From Callorhinchus milii (lineage: Eukaryota): a stretch of 64,000 nt of DNA. The translations under genes were made by a program, and so were the position numbers. This document shows, one piece after another, positions 53,368 to 64,000 of this stretch. Each line of letters opens with the position of its first letter. Position 1 is the stretch's first letter. The notes beneath the pieces are model-generated. The model did not search any database. It saw only the letters and a program-made list of their open reading frames with translations, and was not told the origin of the DNA. The DNA lies in assembly GCF_018977255.1 (NCBI RefSeq), contig NW_024704743.1:15068001-15132000 (forward strand). Direction: 5' to 3'.

Positions 53368-54999
53368 ATTTCAACATAATGAAAGTTAATGAAAAGTCAG
53401 TGATTCTTTACAATGTTTTTTGAGCTCTTTAAAGTTTCATGGAATCTATGGATCATGACAGTGTGGAAGGTATTAATTGCTGGACTTTTAGAATGGATTT
53501 GAAAATGTGCTCTGAAAGAGATTGGTGGCAAAGGTAAAACTTTCTGGGATAAAGAAGTAAATAGCCTAAATAATTGTAATCCAACAGCTCTGACCAGCAG
53601 AGAACTCCAGAGGTCATTCCAGCTATTTAGAGCATTTAAATAAATGATCCTGGTGTAGTTGTTACAGTAGAATCCCAGAATTGAAACTTCCAGTTGTATT
53701 GAAAAGGAATACAGTTCAAGAAATATGATGCACAGCAACTGGAAAGGTGATTTGGATACTGAGACCCGTAAGATGATAAATATAGTTAATGAAGTGGACA
53801 CTTATGAAATAAGATAAGTGAATAAATTATTTTAGTGTAGTTGTGGATCAGACTTTGACGTTTTATCAGAGTGTAGAGAGGATGTTTCAATAAAGAGGTG
53901 AATATAATAAGTTCAAGGGTAAACTCCTAAATGCTAAATGGGTAAATATAAATGTGCTGAGCTATACAGGCCAGGAAAATAAATAACTTGCATTTTTGTA
54001 GTGCCTTGTTACGTGAAAATGTCTTGTATATTTCTCAAGTCTAGTAACTGGTGAACACTAGCAAGATCCAACAATGGCCACAAGGTGAATGACCAATTAT
54101 ACTAAAGGATTGTTGGACAGGATACCAGGAGAAAGTCACCTTTTTGTTGACCTAATAAAGTAGTCCATCTCATAATAGGCAATAGGGAAAAAGACATGTT
54201 AATGGAGATCTGTCTGTAGGTGGAAGCTGGTAGCTGTTTCTATGTGTCTTTTTGCATTTTTCTCCCTCACTTTCTGTCTGACGCCTACTCTACACTATTC
54301 TGTGTTCCTGTGGTTTTGTGTGCGTTTGTGTGTTTGCCCCCCTCTCTCTCTCCTCACTCACTCCCCAGTCTCTTCCCTCCCCCCCCCACACACACACACA
54401 CACTGAATTAGTAGATCTCAGCTGGGAGGAATGCTGGAGTTTGCTTCAGGATCACTGGGTTGGACAAGAAGAAAAAAATGCTTTGGATCTCTGGTTGGTT
54501 GTCCTAATAGGATCCAGAGATTGGGTAGAGAGCACAATAAATATTTGATGTATCAAACTGTTAAATACATTGGCAAGATCAACAGAAGAACCAAATGGTA
54601 TAATTGTAAGGTGAATAAACCCCAAATCATAACAGCTTTATGCTTGGAGTGACTGACCTTAAGAATCGACTATCGCATAGTACATTAAATATTGACCCCT
54701 TTGAGCCATCAAAATAGATTTGGATTTTGCGTAGGGCAGAATGGATTAGAAAAAGACCAGACTGCTTGCCCCAGGGGGCTTCATCTCATTGCTATTGTTT
54801 CATTATAGCTGAAACTGGCAGTGAAGTATAAGCCAGACAGTAAATTCTTGATATATAGTTGCAGGCAAAGCTGGCTCTACATTTATTTATTTATTTATTT
54901 AAATGAAGACCAGTCGCTGAAGAAGGAATGAAATTCAGATTTTAGGGAATTAATTACGTTAGGATCATAATCTCCCCCTCTCTGATCTATGATTTTGGT

Positions 55000-55800
55000 G
55001 CTAAAAATTAGATTGTGTCCAGGTTTGGACACCCACTTTGGAAAGATGTCAAGGCTATAGAGGGGATGCAGAAGAGATGAACTAGGATGACAGAGAGGAA
55101 CCGTGTTATAGAGTCCAATATCTCAGGTGCTACATTAAAAGGAACATGAAAGAATATCCAACTTCTAGCTTGTCAGGGTACTGCAATAATTGCTAATATT
55201 TTTGGTGTTGACCTGACAACCCCTCAATAGATCATAATATAGCCCAGAAAACTGGCTGGTCCTTGCCAGAAAAGCCTGTAGCCTACTGCACTATGGTTAA
55301 CCACAGGGCCACAATGTAGCTGTGTTAAAAATGGACCCATGCTCTTGCGAGGAGCCTAGTAATGGGGTTATACTCTGTTACAGAATTTAGAGACTACTTA
55401 CAGGGAGAGACTGAAGGGATGAGGGCTTGAAAAGGTACGGGTGAGAAGAGACCTGATAGTTTCTAAAATAGAGCAGATTTGAAACGATAAGTAGGTAGCA
55501 GTTATTTCCACTGGGCATTGAACCGGTAATCATAGAGCTAAAATTTAAGGTCATTACCAAAAGAGGAAAGGGAGAGGCTAGAAATGTTTTTAGACTGAGT
55601 TGTTAGGATGTGGAATGCCTTACGTAAGCAAATGGTTGAGACAAAATCCATAATTGTTTTTAAGAGGCAATTTCAGAAATATTGGAAAATAAATGTATAA
55701 AAGGATCTGAGTGGGGGTAAGGCAGCGGGTTTGGATTAATTGATAGCTCTTTCAGAGAGCCGCATGGACACAATACGTCAGATAGATACCTGTGTGCTGT
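55000..55800 (+). mobile_element. Degenerate CR1 3' fragment
   Basis: Similar to the other CR1 3' ends (ttacagggagagactgaag..., gttaggatgtggaatgcctt). Confidence 0.6.
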
Positions 55801-56317
55801 ATACTTCATATTTGTGTATGCTGTACTTCAATTATTTGCCATAAATAATCCATCAGACATGGATCAGAAGGTTGTGGATTCAAGCACTACACCGGGACTT
55901 TGAGTTCATATAGTCTTGGTTGATACTCCAGTGCAGCGATGGTGGTGGGGGGTGGGAGGTGTACTGCATTTATTGGAGGTGCTATACTTCGGATGCCATG
56001 TATTTCAGACTGAAAACAAGTGTCGTGTTTATAGATTCCTGTGGGTTATAGAATAGAATATTAACCCAAATGGTAACAGTATTAATAGATTTTTTTGTAT
56101 TAAAAGAAGTGTTCGATTCAGTGTTGGATTTTTAAATAAATTAAATTAGAGATTTCTAGGATGACTTCACAATACAGGGACATATTGAGGCTGAATAATT
56201 TGTGACATTCACGCCATTAGGTTGATCCAACAAGAGATGATGTGCTTCTTATAGCTAAATTTACTGCAGCTACTTTATGGAAGTGCTTTTTCTTCAGAAT
56301 TTGTGCTTTTGTTCCAG

Positions 56318-56396
56318 GTGGCACTGCTTGGACTAGATGTTATCGGAGCACTATTGGATCGAATAAAAGAAAGATTCAAACATCATATTGTAACAG
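56318..56396 (+). CDS. CLASP2: CLASP2 coding exon 2
   Basis: ttttgttccag|GTG...ACAG|gtatgt; 79 nt; VALLGLDVIGALLDRIKERFKHHIVT, in frame with exon 1. Confidence 0.93.
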
Positions 56397-56469
56397 GTAT
56401 GTTCCTCCTCCCCATTTCCTCGCACAGTGGAATTTAATTTGAAACGATTGTCCACCCTAATTTGTCCTG

Positions 56470-56838
56470 CGGCGTCCTGTAGCATATTGATTAGACCACT
56501 CGTCTCGTAAGCAAGAGCACCTGGGTTTGATTCCCAGCACGGCAAAACCTTAGGCAAGTTTCCTTACTCCACATGCCTCAGTTTACCTAGCAGTAAGCAG
56601 GAACCTGGTTGTTAGTTGATTGATGGATCGCTTTTCCAGTGGTAATAATCCGTTTAACCTTTTTTTAATAATTTGATAGCTCAATCACAACTATGTGTGG
56701 GAGATTGCTGTGTGTAATTAGCTGCTGTTTGCCCACAAAATATACAGTCAATTCACTTTGCAGTATACACTGTGAAGTTCTTTGAGACGTCTCAACAGCG
56801 TGATGAGGCATTATGTCAAATGCAAGGATTACTATTAT
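56470..56838 (+). mobile_element. tRNA-SINE, long subfamily
   Basis: Head, central segment and (ATT) tail; begins ~75 nt after CLASP2 exon 2. Confidence 0.85.
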
Positions 56839-57859
56839 AAGTCAACCATTGTGAATGGTATTGGTTTTCTCTATTTGAGACCAGCACTTTTTTTAAAGCA
56901 TTTTTGACTTGTCCTAATTATAAATCTAATATTTCATAGATGGAATTCACAGAGTTGCTCTTTTATTTATTTGTATGCTGAGCAGGCGTCCTTGCAGCCT
57001 TCGACTTTACTTCTGTTATTTCATGGATCTAAGGTGTATTACGCGTCACCTGAAATTGTGTTTTTTTTTCTTATTGTCCCCTTTGCACATTGCTGCAATG
57101 ATGAATCAAGCCTGATCATCATGTCATACTTGGTATTTATTTTGAATGCCAATGTATACCAACATGTGCCAGTGGCGATTCACGTGTTCTTTGTCTCTGT
57201 GCACTATATAAGGAAAGCATTCTTCTGGGAGAAGCAAAACATTTCAAGTAATAATGGCCATACATTTCTAGAATGTATTCAGGACAGTTTTCTGGAGCAA
57301 TACGTTTTAGAACCGACAAGGTAACGTGCAACACAAGATTTAGTGATGAGTAACAAATCAGAATTAGTTAACAATCTGGCAGTAAGGGAATATTTTGGGA
57401 ATAGTGACCACAGTATAATCAAATTTGATATTGGGATTGAAGGGGGAGAAGAGAAAGTTCCAAACCAGTTTTTAAATTTAAGTAAGGCAAACTTCAAAGG
57501 AATGGGAAATGAGTTAACCCCAGTTAACTGCTAATGAGTAAAGTTCCAAGGGTAACTAGACAGACAAACACTGGGAAGTATTTACAGAAGTAATTGGTAC
57601 AATACAAAACAGATAGATGTGTACCCCTGAAAGGCAAAGGCTCCACATGTGTAGTTAGGCACCCTAGGTCAACAAGTGAAGTTAGATATAGTATCAAGCT
57701 AAAAGAAAAGGCTTATCCAATTGCTAGGAAAAGTGTTAATTCAGCAGACTGGGAGAGCTATAGAAGGCAACAAGGAAAAGTACTGAACAAAAGAAAGTAC
57801 TGAAATAAGAGGTGCAAAAAGAATATGAAAAATGTTGTAATTGATATCAAAGCTAACAG

Positions 57860-57861
<2 letters not shown>

Positions 57862-57899
<38 letters not shown>

Positions 57900-58145
57900 C
57901 CTTGCATTTGATATAGCGCTTTTCACGTCAGGAGGACGTCCCAAAGCGCTTCACAGAACACACTGTAAAGTGAATTGACTGTATATTTGTGGGCGAACGC
58001 GGCAGCCAATTGCGCACAGCAATGTCCCACAAACAGTCGTAGATTGAAAATGACCAATTTAATTATTGTTTTGGGTTTTTTGGAGGGATTATTATTAGGC
58101 GTGTGGAGTAAGGAAACTTGCCCAAGGTTTCGCCCTGCCTGGAAT
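57862..58145 (-). mobile_element. 5'-truncated young SINE with long (ATT)n tail
   Basis: Reverse complement of the short subfamily, inserted in CR1. Confidence 0.9.
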
Positions 58146-58279
58146 AAGAGAACAAGTGTGGTAAATGGGAATGTGGGCCCATTAAAGACAGGCATGACTA
58201 AAATGGGTAATAGGAAATGGCTGACTTGTTAAATGAGTACTTTGTATCTATTTTCACAGTGGAGAAGGAAGATGCAATA

Positions 58280-58765
58280 CATAATTACATTTGTAAAGCG
58301 CCTTTCACGTTGGGAGGATGTCCCAAGGCCCTGAATAGTCATGGATTAGGACCTGTGGGGCGGCATGGGGGTGTTGGGATCAAGGATGGTGGAGGGCAGA
58401 GGGGGTATGAAGGTGGCCAAAGGTACTGTCGAAGAGGAGGGTCTTGAGGCGTGCCTTGAAGGGGGCAAGGGAGGGAGCGAGGTAAAGGGAATGTGGGATT
58501 GAGTTCCAGATGGTGGGGACAGAGAGGTTGAAGGCCCGACCACCTCAGGTGGGGAGGGCCAGGCAATGGACATGGAGCAGGCCTGCTGTGCGGAGCTAGG
58601 GGCAAGGCCATGGAGGGCTTTGAAGGTGAAGGTGAGGACAAGAATTTTGAACTCGATCCGCTGAGAGATGGGGAGCCAGTGGAGCCAGGCGAGGGTGGGT
58701 GTGATGGGGTCACGGAGCTTGGTGCGGGAGAGGACACAAGCTGCAGAGCTCTGGATGATACCAGC
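58280..58765 (-). mobile_element. L2 3' end nested in CR1
   Basis: LHWLPISQRIEFKIL motif on the minus strand. Confidence 0.85.
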
Positions 58766-59482
58766 GATACAGGGGAAGGGAAAATAAGTCAAGGAGAAAG
58801 AACTTGTTGGGTTTAATATCAGTAGAAAAGGGGTCATCAAGAAAATAATGGGATTTAGGATAGACAAATCTCCAGAACCTAATGGTTTCTACCCCAAAGT
58901 ATTAAAAGAAATAGGTGAGGAGATTGCAGATGTATTGGTTGTAATTTTCCAAATCTCTCTAGATTCAGGAATTGGAATGGATTGGAAAATTGCAAACTGT
59001 TTCTAAGTGTAACCTTTAATCTTAAATACCTTCTTTTTCATCACTCCCTTTTTGCCCTTTTCAAATTGCTCCTCATAATGGGAAACCCCTCGGTCTTAGT
59101 AATTTTCTAGAAAATGTGTATTATGATGCATAGATTTTTTCATGAGGTGAGACAAGAAGGGTTAAGAAAACAAATGAAAGAAACCAATGAAATAACAGCT
59201 TGCTTAAATATTATGAAGGAATATATATGAGGAATGAGAGGCATTTCACTGAGGTTCATGAGGTGATTCAGTTTACTACATTACTGAATCGGAAATCTTC
59301 AACCGCAAAGGCTTCGTATTTTGTACCAACAGAAAGGAACATGAATCTTTCACTGGTGATTGTATTGTCTTAATTGTTTTGAAATGCAATAGAGGTGGGT
59401 TTTGGTTAACTTCAGCCATGAAAATGAATGCTGGCTGCATAAGTCATTCACTCATTCTGGTTTTGCACTTTATTTTCTACAG

Positions 59483-59586
59483 TGATACCAGCACTTGTGG
59501 ATCGTTTAGGTGACTCCAAAGATCAGGTTCGAGAGCAGTCGCAGAATATTCTTCTCAGATTAATGGACCAAGCTGCATCACCCCAG
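59483..59586 (+). CDS. CLASP2: CLASP2 coding exon 3
   Basis: ttttctacag|TG...CAG|gtatgt; 104 nt; (V)IPALVDRLGDSKDQVREQSQNILLRLMDQAASPQ, HEAT/TOG motif LxDRLGDxK; phase compatible with exon 2. Confidence 0.94.
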
Positions 59587-62500
59587 GTATGTGAGAATTT
59601 TTTTCCGGTTTTGTGTCTTAGTGGCTTTAATGTCTTATTACAGTCTGTCTTTAACATAATCGCATAGCAATTAAGACTTCAGTGAATAAAAAAAGCATAT
59701 GGTTATCATAGTTTTGCATTCTCTGAAGTTAAAACTAATGTGCATTTGTTTCCTCTTAACTTTACAATCTGCTGTTTAAGAGCTCAGAACTGTTTAAGCT
59801 TTTGTTAATCAACCAGAATGTTTCCTCTTTGACCTATTAATAATTAATCTATTTCATTCTTTTACACAACTTATGCATTGCAAACGGAAGAAAAAAATAA
59901 AGTTATTCCACTACATTCAATCTCCATATATAAATTTATAGATTATCTAATTTGGAAGAGCAGTAGAGAAACTGAGATACTATACAGTCCTTATTAGAGT
60001 CCATTGCTAAACCGAAGCCACAGTGAGAACACGGTTTATTCCAATAGATGCTGCATGCACGATTCTGTGCAGTAATACTCATTCTCTCTCCAGCTAGCAG
60101 CAAGTAACCATTCAATTCATTTCGTCCACAGTTGCATACATGTGGAAGTGCTTTGAGACTTCGCGAAGACATGATAAGGCGCTATATCAAGTGCAAGAAT
60201 TATAATAGACCATAATGATAACTTGCAGATGAGACCATTTGACACCGACTTGGAGAACTGGGCAATCAGATATAAGCTACTTCAGAACCTTTGTTTAATT
60301 ATGTGGCTCTTGAGAGACTAGTTCAGTTATTTAATTTTAATTATACATACTTTATTGGCATCCGTTTCTATGTTATGTAAAAATGGTTTGTTGACCAGGA
60401 TGACAATGGCAATCCTGTGGGGTGCAGTATATTGGTAACTTATCCATTCAAGACAATTTTCCGCTTGGAGGGTGCACAGGTTCCTCGAGGGTTTACAGGC
60501 AGCTGTTACTTCGTATTAAATGCCTCCAATGGGAAATCAATAGGCTAGCATCCAGTGGTATCCAGGTTCTTTAAAACTGCTTGGAAAATTAAGTTAGTCA
60601 GACTTGCCTGCCTGGGATTTGAACCTTGTTTTTCCAGTGCTCATGCTTGGCTGACTTGAATTCATGGCTCGACAGATGGAGACATCATTCCGTTAACTCA
60701 TTGAATGTGTGAGTGGTGTTTGGCTGTTTAAGGTTGTCATCATCACACCCCATCTGACCTTGTCCCCACCCTTTGGAACCCGCCCCCACCCTTTGGAACT
60801 CCATCCCACAGTCCCTTTGCCTTGCTTCCTCCCTTGCCTCCTTCAAAGTGCGTCTCAAGACACTCTTCGACCGCACATTCGGCCACACTGCTACCCCTGC
60901 CCTCCACCACCCCTGATCCCAACCCCCTGCTCATATAATGTTGTTCTTGCAAAGGCAGAGGTGAGGCATGGACAAGAACAACAATAAATTACATTTGTAT
61001 AGCACCTTTCACTTTGGGAGGGTGTCCCAAGGCGCTGAACAGTCAGCGATTTGGACCTTTCAGTATGAGACATGTAAATCCTGCCTGAAGTTTCTTTTTT
61101 TTCCCCCACCATTTTTACTCCACCTTTTTGTTTACTCATCCGCTCCGAGACTGGGCTTACTGAAGCCATTTTTATTGCCACTATAGCTGCATAGTCCAAA
61201 AATGAACATTGGACATTACCTACTTAATACCTTGTAAGCAACATCACTTCCTGCAGTAAAGTATTTAGAAGCAGAAGGCCTGATTTATAGTTCCTGCTTT
61301 TAATCACTTTACTTGCTTTTGGCTGGGTCGAGACACATGTGCAACTAAAGTGCATGTCCAGAGCTCTAACAGATGTTACTTTATTAATGTTGTGAAAGAG
61401 CTTTTTGTGCGATCAGCTCTTCGATAGTTAAGAGAGATTTCCATGAATATTGGATCGTTTGGACTTCCCATTGTTTTTTAGTTCAGTTATTTTTAGAAAA
61501 TAATTGCGTTCATATCATAGTTGTAATTTCTTCTCGTCACCATGCACTAGCCAATGAGTAGGTAGAAACCACTGTGTTTGAGGGTGAGAGCAGTCTCTGC
61601 CAGCAATAGCCATTTATTGTGTTATCAGATTTCACAAGAGAGAATGAAGAATGTCCTTCAACCTATTTGATCTCATCCTTCCAGAATGTCCACCCTACCT
61701 TCCTATTATAGCATGAATCTGTTTCTTTAAGTCTTGTCCTGACTCCAAGACTCTTTCTTATAATCTGTTCCAGATGTTCATTACATTCCTAAAATTGTCT
61801 TTCCTACCCTAGATCTTTTGACCTTCTGCATATATCTGCCTTACCCTCAGGACTATGAATTGATTGTCTGTCATCATGAGTTCTACTATTCCTCTCTCCC
61901 GCATTCCTCTAAATCATACTGGAAATTATTTTTCAATTCCTTTTCTCTTTTCCTGCACACCCGCCACCCAAACAGCAGCTGGATCTTGCTGCTGCTTCTC
62001 CTAGTTTGATAACTTCTTGAAAAATATTTACTGCAATGGTCTTGACTAATTCATAGTAAAACCAGATTCAAATCTGTGTAAGGATTTTTGTTGGTCAGAA
62101 CAATAAATGAGCAACAAAAATAGATTGATCAACTGTAAATATAGTGTTCATATCCCGCTGAATTAAAGTAACTCCAAATAATGCCTTTCTATGCTTCTTC
62201 CCTGCTGGATCTGAAGTCTTGGCTCTTAAATTGCTTGTTTAGTTAGAATATCAGTGTTCTGCTGTTCCTAGTTTCAATCCTGCATTCCCCCTAACCTTGG
62301 AAGGGCAATTTAAAGCACTGGAACACTTGAAAACATACATGAGAGTTTTGATGGAGGTTTTCTTAAAAGGACAATTTCTTTGTTTTTCAGGTCATTGCTT
62401 CTGATGATCTGACTTATGAAAAACAAAATAAATTTGTTTTAAATGGCTTGTTTAAATGGCTTCATGATGTATCAAATCAAATCATTTGGTTTCTGATCTT

Positions 62501-63136
62501 TTGGCTTGTTCCATGAATTTTATTGCTCAGTAAAAGGCATTTAAATATACCAAGTTCAATTCAAAATTCTAACATTAGAGAAGTGGTTTGGCACAGTTAT
62601 CCCTTGCATGCTTGTCTCTGGATCCTGAGTTCAAGCCCAACTTTGGGATTTTAGCTGATGGTCCAGATTGACATTCCATTGCGCTACTGTAGAATTTTGC
62701 ACAATTACTCAAAGTGGTGTCCTAATGAGATGTTAAACGGATGTCTCGTCTTTGGATTCAGGTGGATATTAAAGAACCCATGATTCTTTTGGTAAATTTC
62801 TCTTGGCCAAATGTCCTCCAAATAAATTGGCCATTTGCTTCACGGCTGTTTGTGGAACATTTTTGTTTTTTGCGTTTGCCTATAAATATGCAATCACTAT
62901 ATTTGACAGTAATTACATATGATGATGATCTTTGAGATGTGCTGACCTCATGGGTATGAATATCAAATTGCAACTTTTAGTTGTTCGATGTAATATTTTT
63001 GAAGATAGTTTCTATAGTCTCAATCTACCCAAGTGTAAGCCTTGCCTTCTTCCAGACAAGAAACAGATCTGTGTTATAGCATATGTCTGTGACTTAGTAT
63101 CTTTGTATTTTCTTTTCAATCTTTCTTATTTTCCAG

Positions 63137-63228
63137 TTTATTTGGGACCGATTAGCTTCAGGGTTTAAACACAAGAACTTTCGGACACGTGAAGGAGTTT
63201 GCCTCTGTCTCATTACTACGCTTTCCAA
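63137..63228 (+). CDS. CLASP2: CLASP2 coding exon 4 (gene continues beyond the window)
   Basis: attttccag|TTT...CCAA|gtaagt; 92 nt; FIWDRLASGFKHKNFRTREGVCLCLITTLS. LASGFKHKNFR and EGVCLCLI are CLASP2-type as I recall the paralogues. Confidence 0.94.
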
Positions 63229-64000
63229 GTAAGTACAAGTTTATATTTGGATCAGTTAAATTTGTATTTGACTCATTTCAGATATTCACAACTTTTATTT
63301 GGAGAAGTGTGAGTATTTACTTTCAGAAGAATAATGTAACACTTTCTGGTCTGTTAAAGTTAACCATTGTGGTAATGTTTTGAAATATTTTAATAGCAGA
63401 TTAGGTTAAAGATGCATCAAGCATTTTGATCCTGTTTTCAGGTTTAAAAAAAACTGCACACAGTGGATATATTTCATGAATCCTCTCGCTTCCCTGGTGG
63501 CCAGGAGGGTAAAGGCACCACTTTGTGCATAATTAGGCTGCGTAGACTGAAATTATGCAGTTTATGCATGTGTTAGCTGATTTCAGCCAGGGCAATAGTG
63601 GGACACAAAAACTGGCCTCAGTGTGGCTGGACCAAGGAGGGGAACATCAGTCAAGTAGTTTCTGGTCCTTATCACTAACTGGAGACCATGATAGAAGGTG
63701 CATTTATTTGAACATCTTCTGACAACAGAATTTAACTCATCCAGTAGCCTCAGCAACCTGGGTTGGAGTAGAGAAAATCAGATAGCATAGTTGCTCTGAA
63801 ATGGTATCTAATGATTGTTGACGGAGTTGGATTTAGGTTGAGAGCAGACTACAACATCATACATTATCTACTCTTCCCCCAGTTTTATCTTGATTGAATT
63901 TTCTTGATTTAAGTCAAAAATAATTTTGTTGGCCAACACTGCTAAACGGTGCCCTGTTTGAACCCATATTAGCCTCGATCCATAACTCCTTCACTTGGCT

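Larger units (their letters stand above)
57200..59000 (+). mobile_element. CR1 LINE fragment with nested SINE (57862-58145) and L2 (58280-58765)
   Basis: FLECIQDSFLEQYVLEPTR, GNSDHSIIKF and DKSPEPNG-type CR1 motifs resume after each nested insert. Confidence 0.85.

Noticed and set aside
55400..56317. U4atac snRNA, which sits upstream of the equivalent exon in human CLASP1
   Set aside because: No U4atac-like sequence seen by eye; the region is CR1/SINE. This is consistent with the gene being CLASP2.

Overview
Vertebrate nuclear DNA, most likely a cartilaginous fish (holocephalan-like, inferred from the CR1/L2 LINE and tRNA-SINE families). Two spliced genes point away from each other, as they do at human 3p22.3. 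PDCD6IP (ALIX) coding exon 1 lies on the minus strand (7606-7814), with intron 1 running off the left edge. CLASP2 coding exons 1-4 lie on the plus strand (35070-35270, 56318-56396, 59483-59586, 63137-63228; N-terminal TOG1 region). Each gene has a CpG-island promoter and a G-rich minisatellite just inside intron 1. Much of the rest is decayed L2 and CR1 LINEs, two tRNA-SINE families, a ~1 kb solo-LTR-like insertion and hAT-like MITE fragments. The most interesting unexplained signals are: (1) a series of minus-strand exon-like segments between the two genes, possibly a decaying multi-exon gene sharing the CLASP2 island; (2) a multi-hairpin element in PDCD6IP intron 1; (3) a SINE/L2 shared 3' stem-loop with a compensatory base-pair change; (4) a strong sense-orientation bias of young retroelements in both genes' introns. 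Repeat boundaries were read by eye and are approximate; no database searches were run.
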